A stretch of DNA of 64,000 nucleotides from Alphaproteobacteria bacterium. Lineage in GTDB: Bacteria > Pseudomonadota > Alphaproteobacteria > UBA6615. A program made the translations under genes and the position numbers. The stretch lies in assembly GCA_038117045.1 (NCBI GenBank), contig JAYOFE010000002.1, forward strand, positions 242 to 64,241, given 5' to 3'. The notes under the pieces are model-generated. The model was not told the origin of the DNA, did not search any database, and saw only the letters and a list, made by a program, of their open reading frames with translations. Positions 10,638-20,581 of the stretch are shown here, one piece after another (positions within the stretch are counted from its first letter, which is position 1; every line of letters starts with the position of its first letter).

Positions 10638-11160
10638 CTCCGGCCGTGCTGGTTTTGCCAACCTCATCTTCACGCAGGACCCGCGCCAGCCGGTCGAGGA
10701 CGGCATTTACGAGGCCGGGTTCCTTGCCGTCGAAAAAGGCGTCCGTGAGGTGGACATACTCGCTGATTGCGACCTTTGCGGGAATATCGTCGCGGCTGCG
10801 AAGTTCATAAGCACCGGCCAGCAGGATGGCACGCAGCAGCGGCTCCAGCCGTCCCGACCCCGACCCGCCGTCGAGGCTCCCGTCCAGCGCCGCCCCCAAA
10901 TCCTGGCGCGACGTCGTCACACCGGTGACAAGGTCCGCAAACAGGGCCTTGTCGGCATCGAGATACAGGGTCGTGTCCTCGTCCTCGTCGACAAGTTCCG
11001 TGCGGTGCTGAAGGAACTCCATGATCGTCGCATCGGCGCTGCCGCCGCGCATTTCGAGCTGGTATAGCGCCTGGACCGCCATCAGGCGGGCCGCGCCGCG
11101 CGTTGCCGCAAGGCTGGCCGCAGGTTTTGCTATTGCCGGGTTCTGGTCCTCGTCGCTCAT
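10621..11160 (-). CDS. nusB: Transcription antitermination factor NusB
   Basis: Trimmed to MSDEDQNP (ATG 11160, 1-nt overlap with the ribH stop, TAATG). NusB core ARLMAVQALYQLE...LRAILLAGAYEL. Canonical ribH-nusB order. Confidence 0.9.
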   Translation of the reverse strand: MSDEDQNPAIAKPAASLAATRGAARLMAVQALYQLEMRGGSADATIMEFLQHRTELVDEDEDTTLYLDADKALFADLVTGVTTSRQDLGAALDGSLDGGSGSGRLEPLLRAILLAGAYELRSRDDIPAKVAISEYVHLTDAFFDGKEPGLVNAVLDRLARVLREDEVGKTSTAGDGAHH

Positions 11161-11624
11161 TAGCGAGGGAACATGCGGAACTGGCGTTTGAACTCGACCA
11201 TGCGAAGGCATGCGTTGGCCGCATCGGCGCCCTTGTTACCGCGGTTGACGTCCGCGCGCGCCATGGCCTGGTCCATGTTCTCGGTTGTCAGAACGCCGAA
11301 TCCCAGGGCCAAGCAATGGCGGACTGCAAGGTCCTGCAGGCCGCGTGCGCACTCACCGCACACATAGTCGTAGTGGGTGGTCTCCCCCCGGATGACGCAG
11401 CCGAGCGCGATATAGCCATCGAATCGCCGACGGCCACCCGAGAACTCGGGCGAACGCATGGCCGTCGCCATCGCTGCCGGGATTTCGAACGCTCCGGGCA
11501 CCTCGTAGAGCTCGTAGCTCGCGCCCGCCTCTTCCAGAACCGCAAGCGTCCCGGCAAGCAGCTGTTCGGCCACCTCTTCGTAGTAGCGCGACAGGGCGAT
11601 CATAATATGCGGCTGATCCGACAT
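11160..11624 (-). CDS. ribH: 6,7-dimethyl-8-ribityllumazine synthase
   Basis: 154 aa with VPGAFEIP and GCVIRGETTHYDYV motifs. Confidence 0.93.
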   Translation of the reverse strand: MSDQPHIMIALSRYYEEVAEQLLAGTLAVLEEAGASYELYEVPGAFEIPAAMATAMRSPEFSGGRRRFDGYIALGCVIRGETTHYDYVCGECARGLQDLAVRHCLALGFGVLTTENMDQAMARADVNRGNKGADAANACLRMVEFKRQFRMFPR

Positions 11625-11645
11625 CTGGCTCTCCTGATGAACGGC

Positions 11646-12812
11646 CTAGAGAGGCACGGGGCGCGTCTCAACGAGACGCAGCCCGAAGCCTTCAAGGCCG
11701 ACAATGGCGTGCTGCGAGTTCGACAGCAGAATGATGTCGCGCACCCCGAGGTCGGTGAGAATTTGCGCGCCGACGCCGTAGTCGCGCAACTCGTTCACGG
11801 ATGTGGTCGGCGTCGACTGGACACGCTTGATGCGGTCCGAAAGCGTCGTCGGCGACGTGTCGCGGATCAGCACGATCACGCCCGAGCCCTCCTCGCCGAT
11901 GATCTCCATGGAGCGCTGCAGGACGCCGGAATCCCTGGCATCGAGGCTACCCAGCGCATCGGTGCCGATGCTGAAGGAATGCATGCGCACCAGCACAGGC
12001 CTTTCCGGGTCGATCTCGCCCTTCACGATGGCCAGGTGTTCGGCGTATTCCACGGTGTTGTAATAGAGGTGCCATTTGAAGGCCCCGCCGAACTTCGAAT
12101 TGAAGTTGTGCTCCAGCAGGCGCTCGACGATCCGGTCGTTACGGCGCCGGTACGCGATCAGGTCGGCGATCGCACCGATCTTCAGGCCATGGAACTGCGC
12201 GAACTTCACCAGATCAGGCAGCCGCGCCATGCTGCCGTCATCGTTCATGATCTCGCAGATGACGGCGGACGGGTTCAGGCCCGCCAGCCGGGCCAGATCG
12301 ACGCCCGCTTCCGTATGGCCGGCGCGAACCAGCACACCGCCGTCGCGCGCCGCGAGCGGGAAAATGTGGCCCGGCGTGACGATGTCTTCCTGAGTCGAGC
12401 GCGGATCGATGGCGACCGTGATGGTCCGAGCCCGGTCCGGCGCCGAAATGCCCGTGGTCACACCGGTCGCCGCCTCGATCGATACGGTGAAGTTCGTCGC
12501 CAGGCGCTGGCCGTGGGTCTGGGGCATCATCGGCAGGCCGAGCTGCTGAGTGCGCTCACGCGTCATGGACAGGCAGATCAGGCCGCGCCCATAGGTTGCC
12601 ATGAAGTTGATCGCATCCGGGGTCGCCATCTGCGCGGGGATCACGAGATCGCCCTCGTTTTCCCGGTCTTCATCGTCGATCAGGATGAACATCCGCCCGT
12701 TGCGGGCATCCTCGATGATATCCTCGATCGGCGAGAGGATCTTCTCATCCTCCATCGAACGCGCAATGTCCTGCTTCGAGACGGTATCCAGTCCCTTCGT
12801 ATTCTCGCCCAC
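11646..12812 (-). CDS. ribB: 3,4-dihydroxy-2-butanone-4-phosphate synthase with degenerate GTP cyclohydrolase II-like C-terminal domain (RibBX type)
   Basis: DHBP synthase motif DDEDRENEGDL. The C-terminal GCH-II-like domain reads VRMHSFSIGTDALGSLDARDSG where RibA has HSECLTGD...RCDCG, so the Zn-binding Cys residues are absent. GTG 12812 lies 2 nt after the ribE stop; the alternative ATG is 12755. Confidence 0.85.
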   Translation of the reverse strand: MGENTKGLDTVSKQDIARSMEDEKILSPIEDIIEDARNGRMFILIDDEDRENEGDLVIPAQMATPDAINFMATYGRGLICLSMTRERTQQLGLPMMPQTHGQRLATNFTVSIEAATGVTTGISAPDRARTITVAIDPRSTQEDIVTPGHIFPLAARDGGVLVRAGHTEAGVDLARLAGLNPSAVICEIMNDDGSMARLPDLVKFAQFHGLKIGAIADLIAYRRRNDRIVERLLEHNFNSKFGGAFKWHLYYNTVEYAEHLAIVKGEIDPERPVLVRMHSFSIGTDALGSLDARDSGVLQRSMEIIGEEGSGVIVLIRDTSPTTLSDRIKRVQSTPTTSVNELRDYGVGAQILTDLGVRDIILLSNSQHAIVGLEGFGLRLVETRPVPL

Positions 12813-12814
12813 TG

Positions 12815-13405
12815 TCAGTCGTGCTCCAAAAGACGCGCGACGTAGCGCGCGATCACGTCGATTTCCAGATTGACCATCGCTCCCGCCGTCAGGCCGGCCA
12901 GCGAGGTGTTTTCCCACGTATGAGGAATAATGTTTACGCCAAACAGGCGGTCACGGACCTCATTGACCGTCAGGGAAACCCCGTCGACAGTCACCGACCC
13001 TTTGGACGCGATGTACTTCTTCAGTGCATCCGGAACCTCGATCTCGACCCGGTGGTTTTCACCCTCGCGGGTCAGCGACGCGACGCGCGCCAGCCCATCC
13101 ACATGGCCCAGTACCAGGTGACCGCCCAGTTCGTCGGATGCACGCAACGCCCGCTCAAGGTTGATCCGGCGCCCCGCGACCCATTCACCCACCGTCGTCT
13201 TGTCCAGGGTCTCTCCCGAAACATCGACGGAGAACTTTCCGGCCTGCTTTTGCACAACCGTCAGGCACGCGCCGTTGCAGGCGATCGAGGCGCCCAGCGC
13301 GATCTCGCCCGTATCATAGGACGTCGAGACGGTGAGCCGGCGGCCCACCTCAAGAGGATCGACGGCGAGGATCTCGCCCACATCTGTGACAATTCCGGTG
13401 AACAT
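12815..13405 (-). CDS. ribE: Riboflavin synthase (alpha chain)
   Basis: 196 aa with an MFTGIV N-terminus and two lumazine-binding repeats. Confidence 0.92.
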   Translation of the reverse strand: MFTGIVTDVGEILAVDPLEVGRRLTVSTSYDTGEIALGASIACNGACLTVVQKQAGKFSVDVSGETLDKTTVGEWVAGRRINLERALRASDELGGHLVLGHVDGLARVASLTREGENHRVEIEVPDALKKYIASKGSVTVDGVSLTVNEVRDRLFGVNIIPHTWENTSLAGLTAGAMVNLEIDVIARYVARLLEHD

Positions 13406-13414
13406 CGCGCCTCG

Positions 13415-14536
13415 TTACGGCACCCGGACGAAAATATCCAGAGTGTCGTCACCGACCGGCGTGCGCGACAGGGTCCGGAAGGACGCGATCTGGTCCATCG
13501 CCGCCACGCCCAGGTCGCCAAAGGGCGGCAGGCCGTCACCGCCAATCAGGGAAGGCGCGCGAAACCAGCACAGCTCATCCACCAGGCCACGGCGCAGAAG
13601 CGATGTCGCAACCTGTGCGCCGCCTTCCACCATCAGCCGCGTGATCCCCTCACCCCCAAGGAGTGCCAAAGCGGCTGCCAGATCGATATGACCTTCGAGC
13701 TCCGGCACCTCGAAAATCCGGACACCCTCGACGGACGCAACAGCACGCGTCTTGTCGGCTGCGGCAGAACACAAAATCCAGGTGGGAACATCCTTCGCCG
13801 TGCGCGCCAGCGCGCTGTCGACCGGTGTACGGAGTTTCGTGTCGAACACCACGCGCACCGGCGAGCGATGTTCCAGCCCCGGCAGCCGGCAGGTCAGGCC
13901 GGGATCGTCCGCCAGCACCGTCTCCACCCCGACGGCGATCGCATCGTGCTGCGCTCGCATGGCATGGGCCCGCGCCCGCGCGGCATCGCCGGTGATCCAC
14001 TGCGAGGCACCGGTACGGGTCGCAATGCGGCCGTCCGCCGTCGTTGCGGTCTTCAGGGTCACGCGCGGCCGTCCCTCGACAACACGCGTGAAGAAGCCGG
14101 CGTTCACCGCCGCAGCTTCGTCTTCACACAAACCCTCCTCGACCGGGATTCCGGCATCGCGCAGCCTGCCCAGTCCGGAACCCGCAACGCGCGGATCAGG
14201 GTCCTCGCAGGCCGAGACCACGCGTCCGATGCCCGCGGCGATCAGTGCATCGGCGCAGGGCGGGGTGCGGCCCGTATGGCTGCACGGTTCCAGCGTGACG
14301 AACGCCTCCGCCCCGCGCAACGCGTCCGCCCCGAATACGGTGCGCGCCCGGTCCAGCGCGACGGTTTCCGCATGGGGCCGCCCGCCAGGCATGGTCCAGC
14401 CACGCCCGAGCACCCGGCGATGCCCACCGGAACGCCCGACGATCACGCAGCCGACCGCAGGGTTCGGCCAGGTATTGCCGAGCCCGCGCCGCGCAAGGCG
14501 CAGCGCCATTTCCATGAAATTGCTGTCGTCGCTCAT
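13415..14536 (-). CDS. ribD: Bifunctional diaminohydroxyphosphoribosylaminopyrimidine deaminase / 5-amino-6-(5-phosphoribosylamino)uracil reductase
   Basis: 373 aa. Deaminase zinc motifs HAE (RPHAETVAL) and EPCSHTGRTPPC. C-terminal reductase domain. Confidence 0.92.
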   Translation of the reverse strand: MSDDSNFMEMALRLARRGLGNTWPNPAVGCVIVGRSGGHRRVLGRGWTMPGGRPHAETVALDRARTVFGADALRGAEAFVTLEPCSHTGRTPPCADALIAAGIGRVVSACEDPDPRVAGSGLGRLRDAGIPVEEGLCEDEAAAVNAGFFTRVVEGRPRVTLKTATTADGRIATRTGASQWITGDAARARAHAMRAQHDAIAVGVETVLADDPGLTCRLPGLEHRSPVRVVFDTKLRTPVDSALARTAKDVPTWILCSAAADKTRAVASVEGVRIFEVPELEGHIDLAAALALLGGEGITRLMVEGGAQVATSLLRRGLVDELCWFRAPSLIGGDGLPPFGDLGVAAMDQIASFRTLSRTPVGDDTLDIFVRVP

Positions 14537-14601
14537 CCGGGCAGGGTCGGGCCTTGCACCGGCCCGATCAACCGTTTTCGTATCTGCGTCTTGAAGTGCG
14601 G

Positions 14602-15081
14602 TCAGTCGTTCTCAGCAAGCGCATCGTCGCGCGCAAGACGCTCGGTCCCGATGAATTCCTCGAAATCCCGGACTTCGCGGAAATTCTTGTAGACTGATGC
14701 GAAGCGCACATAGGCGATCGAATCCAGATTCGCGAGCGCATCCATCACGGCTTCGCCGATAGCGTCGGAAGAGATGTCTGTCTCGCCTGCGGATTCGAGG
14801 CGGCGGACGATACCGCTGATGACGCGGTCCACGCGTTCGGGATCCACCGGACGCTTTCGGAGCGCGATCCGCATGGACGATTCCAGCTTGTCCCGGTCGA
14901 ACGGTACCCGCTGGCCGTTCTTTTTGATGACCATCAGGTCGCGAAGGTGCACCCGCTCGAACGTGGTCCAGCGCGCACCGCAGTCAGGACAGGCACGACG
15001 GCGGCGGATCGCGGTGTTGTCTTCAGTCGGCCGCGAATCCTTCACATGGGTGTCGTCATGCCCACAGAACGGACAACGCAT
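14602..15081 (-). CDS. nrdR: Transcriptional repressor NrdR
   Basis: 159 aa. Zinc ribbon MRCPFCG...CPDCG followed by an ATP-cone domain. Confidence 0.95.
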   Translation of the reverse strand: MRCPFCGHDDTHVKDSRPTEDNTAIRRRRACPDCGARWTTFERVHLRDLMVIKKNGQRVPFDRDKLESSMRIALRKRPVDPERVDRVISGIVRRLESAGETDISSDAIGEAVMDALANLDSIAYVRFASVYKNFREVRDFEEFIGTERLARDDALAEND

Positions 15082-15118
15082 CTAATATCTCCCCAGGTTT
15101 ACCTTTGTCCCCGACTGC

Positions 15119-16435
<1,317 letters not shown>

Positions 16436-16485
16436 ATTGTACTGTCCCCTAAACGCTAGAAGTCCCGCACGCCCTCACCGGCGCG

Positions 16486-16923
16486 CTATCCGAGTTTTCC
16501 AATCCTGCGCACATGGCGCTCGCCGCCGCTGAATTTCGTTCCGATGAACGCATCCAGGCAATCCAGTGCCACTTCCGGACCGACCAGCCGTGCGCCCAGT
16601 GCCATGACGTTGGCATCGTTATGCTCGCGCGCCAGCCGCGCCGATGTCGCGTCGTGGCATACGGCGGCGCGAACGCCCGGGATACGGTTGGCGGCAATCG
16701 AGATCCCGATGCCCGTCCCGCAAATAACGATGCCCATATCGGCCTGGCCTGAGGTGACCGCCTCGCCGACGGCCTTGCCATAGTCGGGATAGTCGACGGA
16801 CTCCTCGCCGTGTGTGCCGAGGTCGATCACCTCGTAACCGCGTTCCTCGAGGACCGTCTTCAGCACTTCCTTCATGGAAGGCCCGGCGTGGTCGGACGCA
16901 ATGGCAACCGTACCTTCGCTCAT
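16486..16923 (-). CDS. rpiB: Ribose 5-phosphate isomerase B
   Basis: 145 aa of the RpiB/LacAB family (IASDHAG...GIVICGTGIGISIAANR). Confidence 0.9.
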   Translation of the reverse strand: MSEGTVAIASDHAGPSMKEVLKTVLEERGYEVIDLGTHGEESVDYPDYGKAVGEAVTSGQADMGIVICGTGIGISIAANRIPGVRAAVCHDATSARLAREHNDANVMALGARLVGPEVALDCLDAFIGTKFSGGERHVRRIGKLG

Positions 16924-17280
16924 GCGTGAAACCTGTTTTTATGTGCGAGATAAGGAAATGGCTAACGTCGACCCGATTACCACATCTCGTCATAGGCTGC
17001 CAGATCAACACTACCCCTCGCGTGCAAATGTGTGGAAAACCCTATCCTTTAAATTTGCGGCACCGCACAAAACAACGGCACTCATGGTCACAATAATGGC
17101 AGTATCCGAAGCGGAAATTTCTGGATATCGCTCACCTCTTCGCGGCTGTCACAATTGTTACTTCGCTGAGACGAATAAAACTTGGTGCGATTATTCGCGT
17201 ACCGTATTGACTGAGCCCGGATCGCATGCGATCACTGGTCCTCGCTGACTTCATCTGTTCAATCCGTCCGGGGTAACAAT

Positions 17281-17697
17281 ATGACCGACTCCAACGACCA
17301 GTCCCCCTCGCGCGACGAACTGCTTCGCATGACCACCCAGGTTGTCTCAGCCTATGTCGGCAACAATGCGGTCAACGAAAACCAGATTCCGGATGTCATC
17401 CAGTCGGTTTACGGGAGCCTTGAGGGGCTAACGAATGGCGGCGATTCCGCACCGACCAGCCAGAAGCCGGCTGTGCCGATCAAGAAATCGGTCACGCCCG
17501 ATCACATCATCTGCCTGGAAGACGGCAAGAAGCTGAAGATGCTCAAGCGCTACCTGCGTACGACCCACGGCATGACGCCCGATGAGTATCGCGCCAAGTG
17601 GGGCCTACAGGCGGACTACCCGATGGTGGCCCCCAACTACGCCAAGCAGCGTTCGGCGTTCGCCAAGCAAATCGGACTGGGCAAGCGCAAGCGCTGA
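17281..17697 (+). CDS. mucR: MucR/Ros family transcriptional regulator
   Basis: 138 aa. The C-terminal Ros-type domain reads ICLEDGKKLKMLKRYLRTTHGMTPDEYRAKWGL...YPMVAPNYAKQRS. Compared with the Ros pattern CLECG...KRHL...H, the second Cys position is Asp and the first His position is Tyr. Confidence 0.9.
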   Translation: MTDSNDQSPSRDELLRMTTQVVSAYVGNNAVNENQIPDVIQSVYGSLEGLTNGGDSAPTSQKPAVPIKKSVTPDHIICLEDGKKLKMLKRYLRTTHGMTPDEYRAKWGLQADYPMVAPNYAKQRSAFAKQIGLGKRKR

Positions 17698-17748
17698 GCC
17701 TTACCGCGCTCCCGCCCGCTTCATAGCCGGTCGGGCACATTGTCCAGA

Positions 17749-18054
17749 TCAGGCAAAGGTGCCGGGCTTGTCCATGGGACGCGGCCTGTCGCGATCCAGC
17801 ACAAAGCGCAGTTTCGCAAGCGCCGTGCGGCGCAGCGCTTCCTCACCCGCGTTCAGGGGGCCGACGATCGAGACCTCAGTACCCGTATAGGGATCGACGG
17901 CACAGACTTTCACCGAATTGCCGATGGCCGAGAACTCGAAGATCAACTCGTCCAGCGCGGAATCGGTCCGCCTGCGGTTTGCCCGAAAGGTTCGCCCTGA
18001 AGGTCGTGCCGGCATGGTTTGAAATCGGCTCACGTCGTATAGTCCCCGCGACAT
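17749..18054 (-). CDS. Small conserved hypothetical protein
   Basis: The 101-aa ORF has a core ELIFEFSAIGNSVKVCAVDPYTGTEVSIVGPLNAGEEALRRTALAKLRFVL. This resembles a small alphaproteobacterial family that I recall as DUF6898. Start uncertain; an internal ATG at 18015 is possible. Confidence 0.5.
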   Translation of the reverse strand: MSRGLYDVSRFQTMPARPSGRTFRANRRRTDSALDELIFEFSAIGNSVKVCAVDPYTGTEVSIVGPLNAGEEALRRTALAKLRFVLDRDRPRPMDKPGTFA

Positions 18055-18073
18055 TCAATTGAGGAGGACTGCC

Positions 18074-18457
18074 ATGTCAGACCAAAAAGAAGAATTTATG
18101 GTTAACCACGCCGAGGACGCCACCTGGACGCCCGGACTCCGCTCAGACTTCGAATACCGCGACCTCGGCATCAAGAACGCGACCGGCGGCAAGTTCGGTG
18201 CGCACATCATCCGCATCGCCGAACCGGATACCGATCACCACACCGGCAAGCACGCCCATATGACCGACTTCCAGATGATTTACGTGCTTCAGGGCGAAGC
18301 GCGCTTCTGGTTCGACGGCAAGGGCGAATTTACCGTCAAGAAGGGCGACTGCTTCTACCAGCCCGACGGCATCATGCATGACGCACTGTGGATGTCGTCC
18401 GATTGCGAACTGCTCGAAATCACCGCACCGGGCGAATTCGAAACCAAGGAAGGCTGA
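18074..18457 (+). CDS. Cupin domain protein
   Basis: ATG 18074 is preceded by GAGGAGGA. Cupin metal motif pattern GKHAHMTDFQMIYVLQGE...GDCFYQPDGIMHD. Confidence 0.7.
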   Translation: MSDQKEEFMVNHAEDATWTPGLRSDFEYRDLGIKNATGGKFGAHIIRIAEPDTDHHTGKHAHMTDFQMIYVLQGEARFWFDGKGEFTVKKGDCFYQPDGIMHDALWMSSDCELLEITAPGEFETKEG

Positions 18458-18554
18458 TCACGTCTCGATCCGCGAGACGGCGCGATCAAGCCACTGAAAA
18501 GTTGCTGCTGCGCGGCTAGGGTCCGCGCCAGCAACTCATTGGAGACCACCGATC

Positions 18555-19781
18555 ATGAGCCTCGCCAGCACCAGCGACGCCGCAAAGACCCCGTCCGCCG
18601 AGAAGCCGCGCTTCCAGTGGGAAGACCCGCTTCTTCTGGACGATGCCCTCAGCGAAGACGAGCGTATGGTTCGCGACGCAGCCTACGCCTATTGCCAGGA
18701 CAAGCTGATGCCGCGTGTCATGGAGGCGAACCGGCACGAGAAGTTCGACCGCGAAATCATGAACGAGTTCGGCGAACTTGGCTTCCTGGGCTCAACCCTG
18801 CCGGAAAAGTACGGCTGCGCCGAGGTGAACCACGTCTGCTACGGGCTGATCGCACGCGAGGTCGAGCGGGTGGATTCGGGCTATCGCTCGGCGTTATCCG
18901 TCCAGTCATCGCTCGTGATGTGGCCGATCTATGCCTATGGCTCCGAAGACCAGCGCATGAAGTACCTGCCCAGGCTCGCCTCGGGCGAATGGGTGGGTGC
19001 GTTCGGCCTGACCGAGCCGGACCATGGCTCCGACCCCGGCAGCATGGTCACGCGGGCCCGGTCCGTCGACGGCGGCTACCAGCTCAACGGCGCAAAGATG
19101 TGGATCTCCAACGCACCGATCGCCGACGTGTTCGTGGTCTGGGCAAAGGACGACGAGGGTGTCATCCGCGGCTTCATCCTGGAACGCGGCATGAAGGGCC
19201 TGTCTACGCCGAAGATCGAGGGCAAGTTCTCCCTGCGCGCCTCATCGACCGGTGAGGTCGTGATGGACGATGTCTTCGTGCCGGAAGAAAACAAGCTGCC
19301 CAATGCGCGCGGTCTCGGCGGCCCGTTCGGCTGCCTGAACAAGGCGCGCTACGGAATCTCATGGGGCGCGCTGGGTGCAGCGGAATTCTGCTGGCATGCC
19401 GCGCGCGAGTACACGATGGAGCGCAAGCAGTTCGGCCGTCCGCTGGCCGCCAACCAGCTGATCCAGAAGAAGCTCGCCGACATGCAGACCGAGATCACGT
19501 TAGGCCTGCATTCGTGCCTGCGTCTTGGCCGCCTGATGGATGAGGACCGTGCGACGCCGGAAATGATCTCCATCATGAAGCGTAACAATGCCGGCAAGGC
19601 TCTCGACATCGCGCGGGTTGCACGCGACATGCATGGCGGCAACGGTATCTCGGACGAATATCACGTCATCCGTCATGTGATGAACCTGGAGTCCGTGAAC
19701 ACCTATGAGGGCACGCATGACGTTCACGCGCTGATCCTCGGCCGTGCGCAGACGGGCCTTCAGGCGTTCACGGGCGCCTGA
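18555..19781 (+). CDS. gcdH: Glutaryl-CoA dehydrogenase (acyl-CoA dehydrogenase family)
   Basis: 408 aa. ACAD motifs [15 protein letters not shown] and [14 protein letters not shown]. Overall resemblance to GCDH, including the [11 protein letters not shown]-terminus. Confidence 0.88.
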   Translation: MSLASTSDAAKTPSAEKPRFQWEDPLLLDDALSEDERMVRDAAYAYCQDKLMPRVMEANRHEKFDREIMNEFGELGFLGSTLPEKYGCAEVNHVCYGLIAREVERVDSGYRSALSVQSSLVMWPIYAYGSEDQRMKYLPRLASGEWVGAFGLTEPDHGSDPGSMVTRARSVDGGYQLNGAKMWISNAPIADVFVVWAKDDEGVIRGFILERGMKGLSTPKIEGKFSLRASSTGEVVMDDVFVPEENKLPNARGLGGPFGCLNKARYGISWGALGAAEFCWHAAREYTMERKQFGRPLAANQLIQKKLADMQTEITLGLHSCLRLGRLMDEDRATPEMISIMKRNNAGKALDIARVARDMHGGNGISDEYHVIRHVMNLESVNTYEGTHDVHALILGRAQTGLQAFTGA

Positions 19782-19793
19782 CCGCCGCTTCGC

Positions 19794-20384
19794 CTAACAG
19801 GCTGTGCTATCGCCGGATTCGAAGATGATGCAGAACCGCCTGGCGTCCTCGCAGGACAGATCTGCCTGCTTGTAGCCACAACGCATGTTGCCTTCGGACG
19901 TCGCGCCCTGGAAATGGCCGCAGGCAGTGCAGATACCCATGGCCTGCCCGCCGCAGCGTGACTGCAGGTTGGTGCATAGCTGGTTAAGGCCGTCCGCCAT
20001 CGTGTCGATGACGTCGACCGGCAGGCGGCTGATCGCAAGATCCAGGCAATTGAGCGGATCGTCGGCCAGCAGGGCCTGCCCTGCCTCGGTCAATTCGATG
20101 TGGCGGACACGCTTGTCTTCCGGGTCGGGCACACGTTTCAGGTAGCCCTTTTTCTCCAGCGCATTCAGCGTCTGGCTGGCCGTTCCCTTGGTCGTGCCGA
20201 GGAACACCGCGAGCGCACCGGGCGTGCGCGAAAATCGGTTTGCCTGCTCCAGAAAGCGCAAACTGTCCCACTGGGCCGGGTTCAAGCCATGACAATACTG
20301 CAGACCTCTTGCCATCCTGCCGATACGGTCCAGGAGGCGTGAAAGGCTCTCTTTTTCAGTGATTTCAGTGTCTTGCGCGCTCAT
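19794..20384 (-). CDS. MarR-family regulator with Cys-rich C-terminal extension
   Basis: Winged HTH (TKGTASQTLNALEKKGYLKRVPDPEDKRVRHIELTEAG). A roughly 55-aa tail carries 7 Cys (CGGQAMGICTACGHF...MRCGYKQADLSCEDARRFC...STAC). Start at ATG 20384 (MSAQDTE), or 20426. Confidence 0.75.
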   Translation of the reverse strand: MSAQDTEITEKESLSRLLDRIGRMARGLQYCHGLNPAQWDSLRFLEQANRFSRTPGALAVFLGTTKGTASQTLNALEKKGYLKRVPDPEDKRVRHIELTEAGQALLADDPLNCLDLAISRLPVDVIDTMADGLNQLCTNLQSRCGGQAMGICTACGHFQGATSEGNMRCGYKQADLSCEDARRFCIIFESGDSTAC

Positions 20385-20447
20385 CTTATTTTGTTCATCG
20401 GCTCGCAAATAGGCCCGATTCCACATCGATTATATCATTTGTGGATA

Positions 20448-20513
20448 GTATCGAGTCGATAAAGCCTTGTGCGCTCCCCGTTCGAGACGTATATTCTCTT
20501 CGTATCGAGTCGA
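20448..20513. repeat. Two perfect 12-bp direct repeats GTATCGAGTCGA (20448-20459 and 20502-20513)
   Basis: Read directly. Copies start 54 bp apart in the marR-rpoH divergent intergenic region. Confidence 0.9.
20449..20461. promoter_or_regulatory. Candidate operator: 13-bp palindrome TATCGA-G-TCGATA
   Basis: Perfect 6+1+6 inverted repeat. It overlaps the position expected for a -35 upstream of a TATAAT hexamer (minus strand, 20430-20435) that precedes the MarR-like gene. Confidence 0.35.
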
Positions 20514-20581
20514 AACCAATTCAACAAACCGATGCTGTGGATATAGGTCCCCGCGGTGGTTTGTCAAAGGAATGAAACACA

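Noticed and set aside
14537-14601. FMN (RFN) riboswitch upstream of the ribD-ribE-ribBX-ribH operon.
   Set aside because: Only 65 nt separate nrdR and ribD, too short for an RFN element, and no conserved RFN strings are visible. The rib genes appear to be co-transcribed with upstream genes.
16874-17248. 124-aa ORF lying in the AT-rich rpiB-mucR intergenic region.
   Set aside because: It starts inside rpiB on the opposite strand. Its composition is atypical for this genome (Cys/Trp/His-rich, low GC3) and it has no SD. It is more likely non-coding regulatory DNA.
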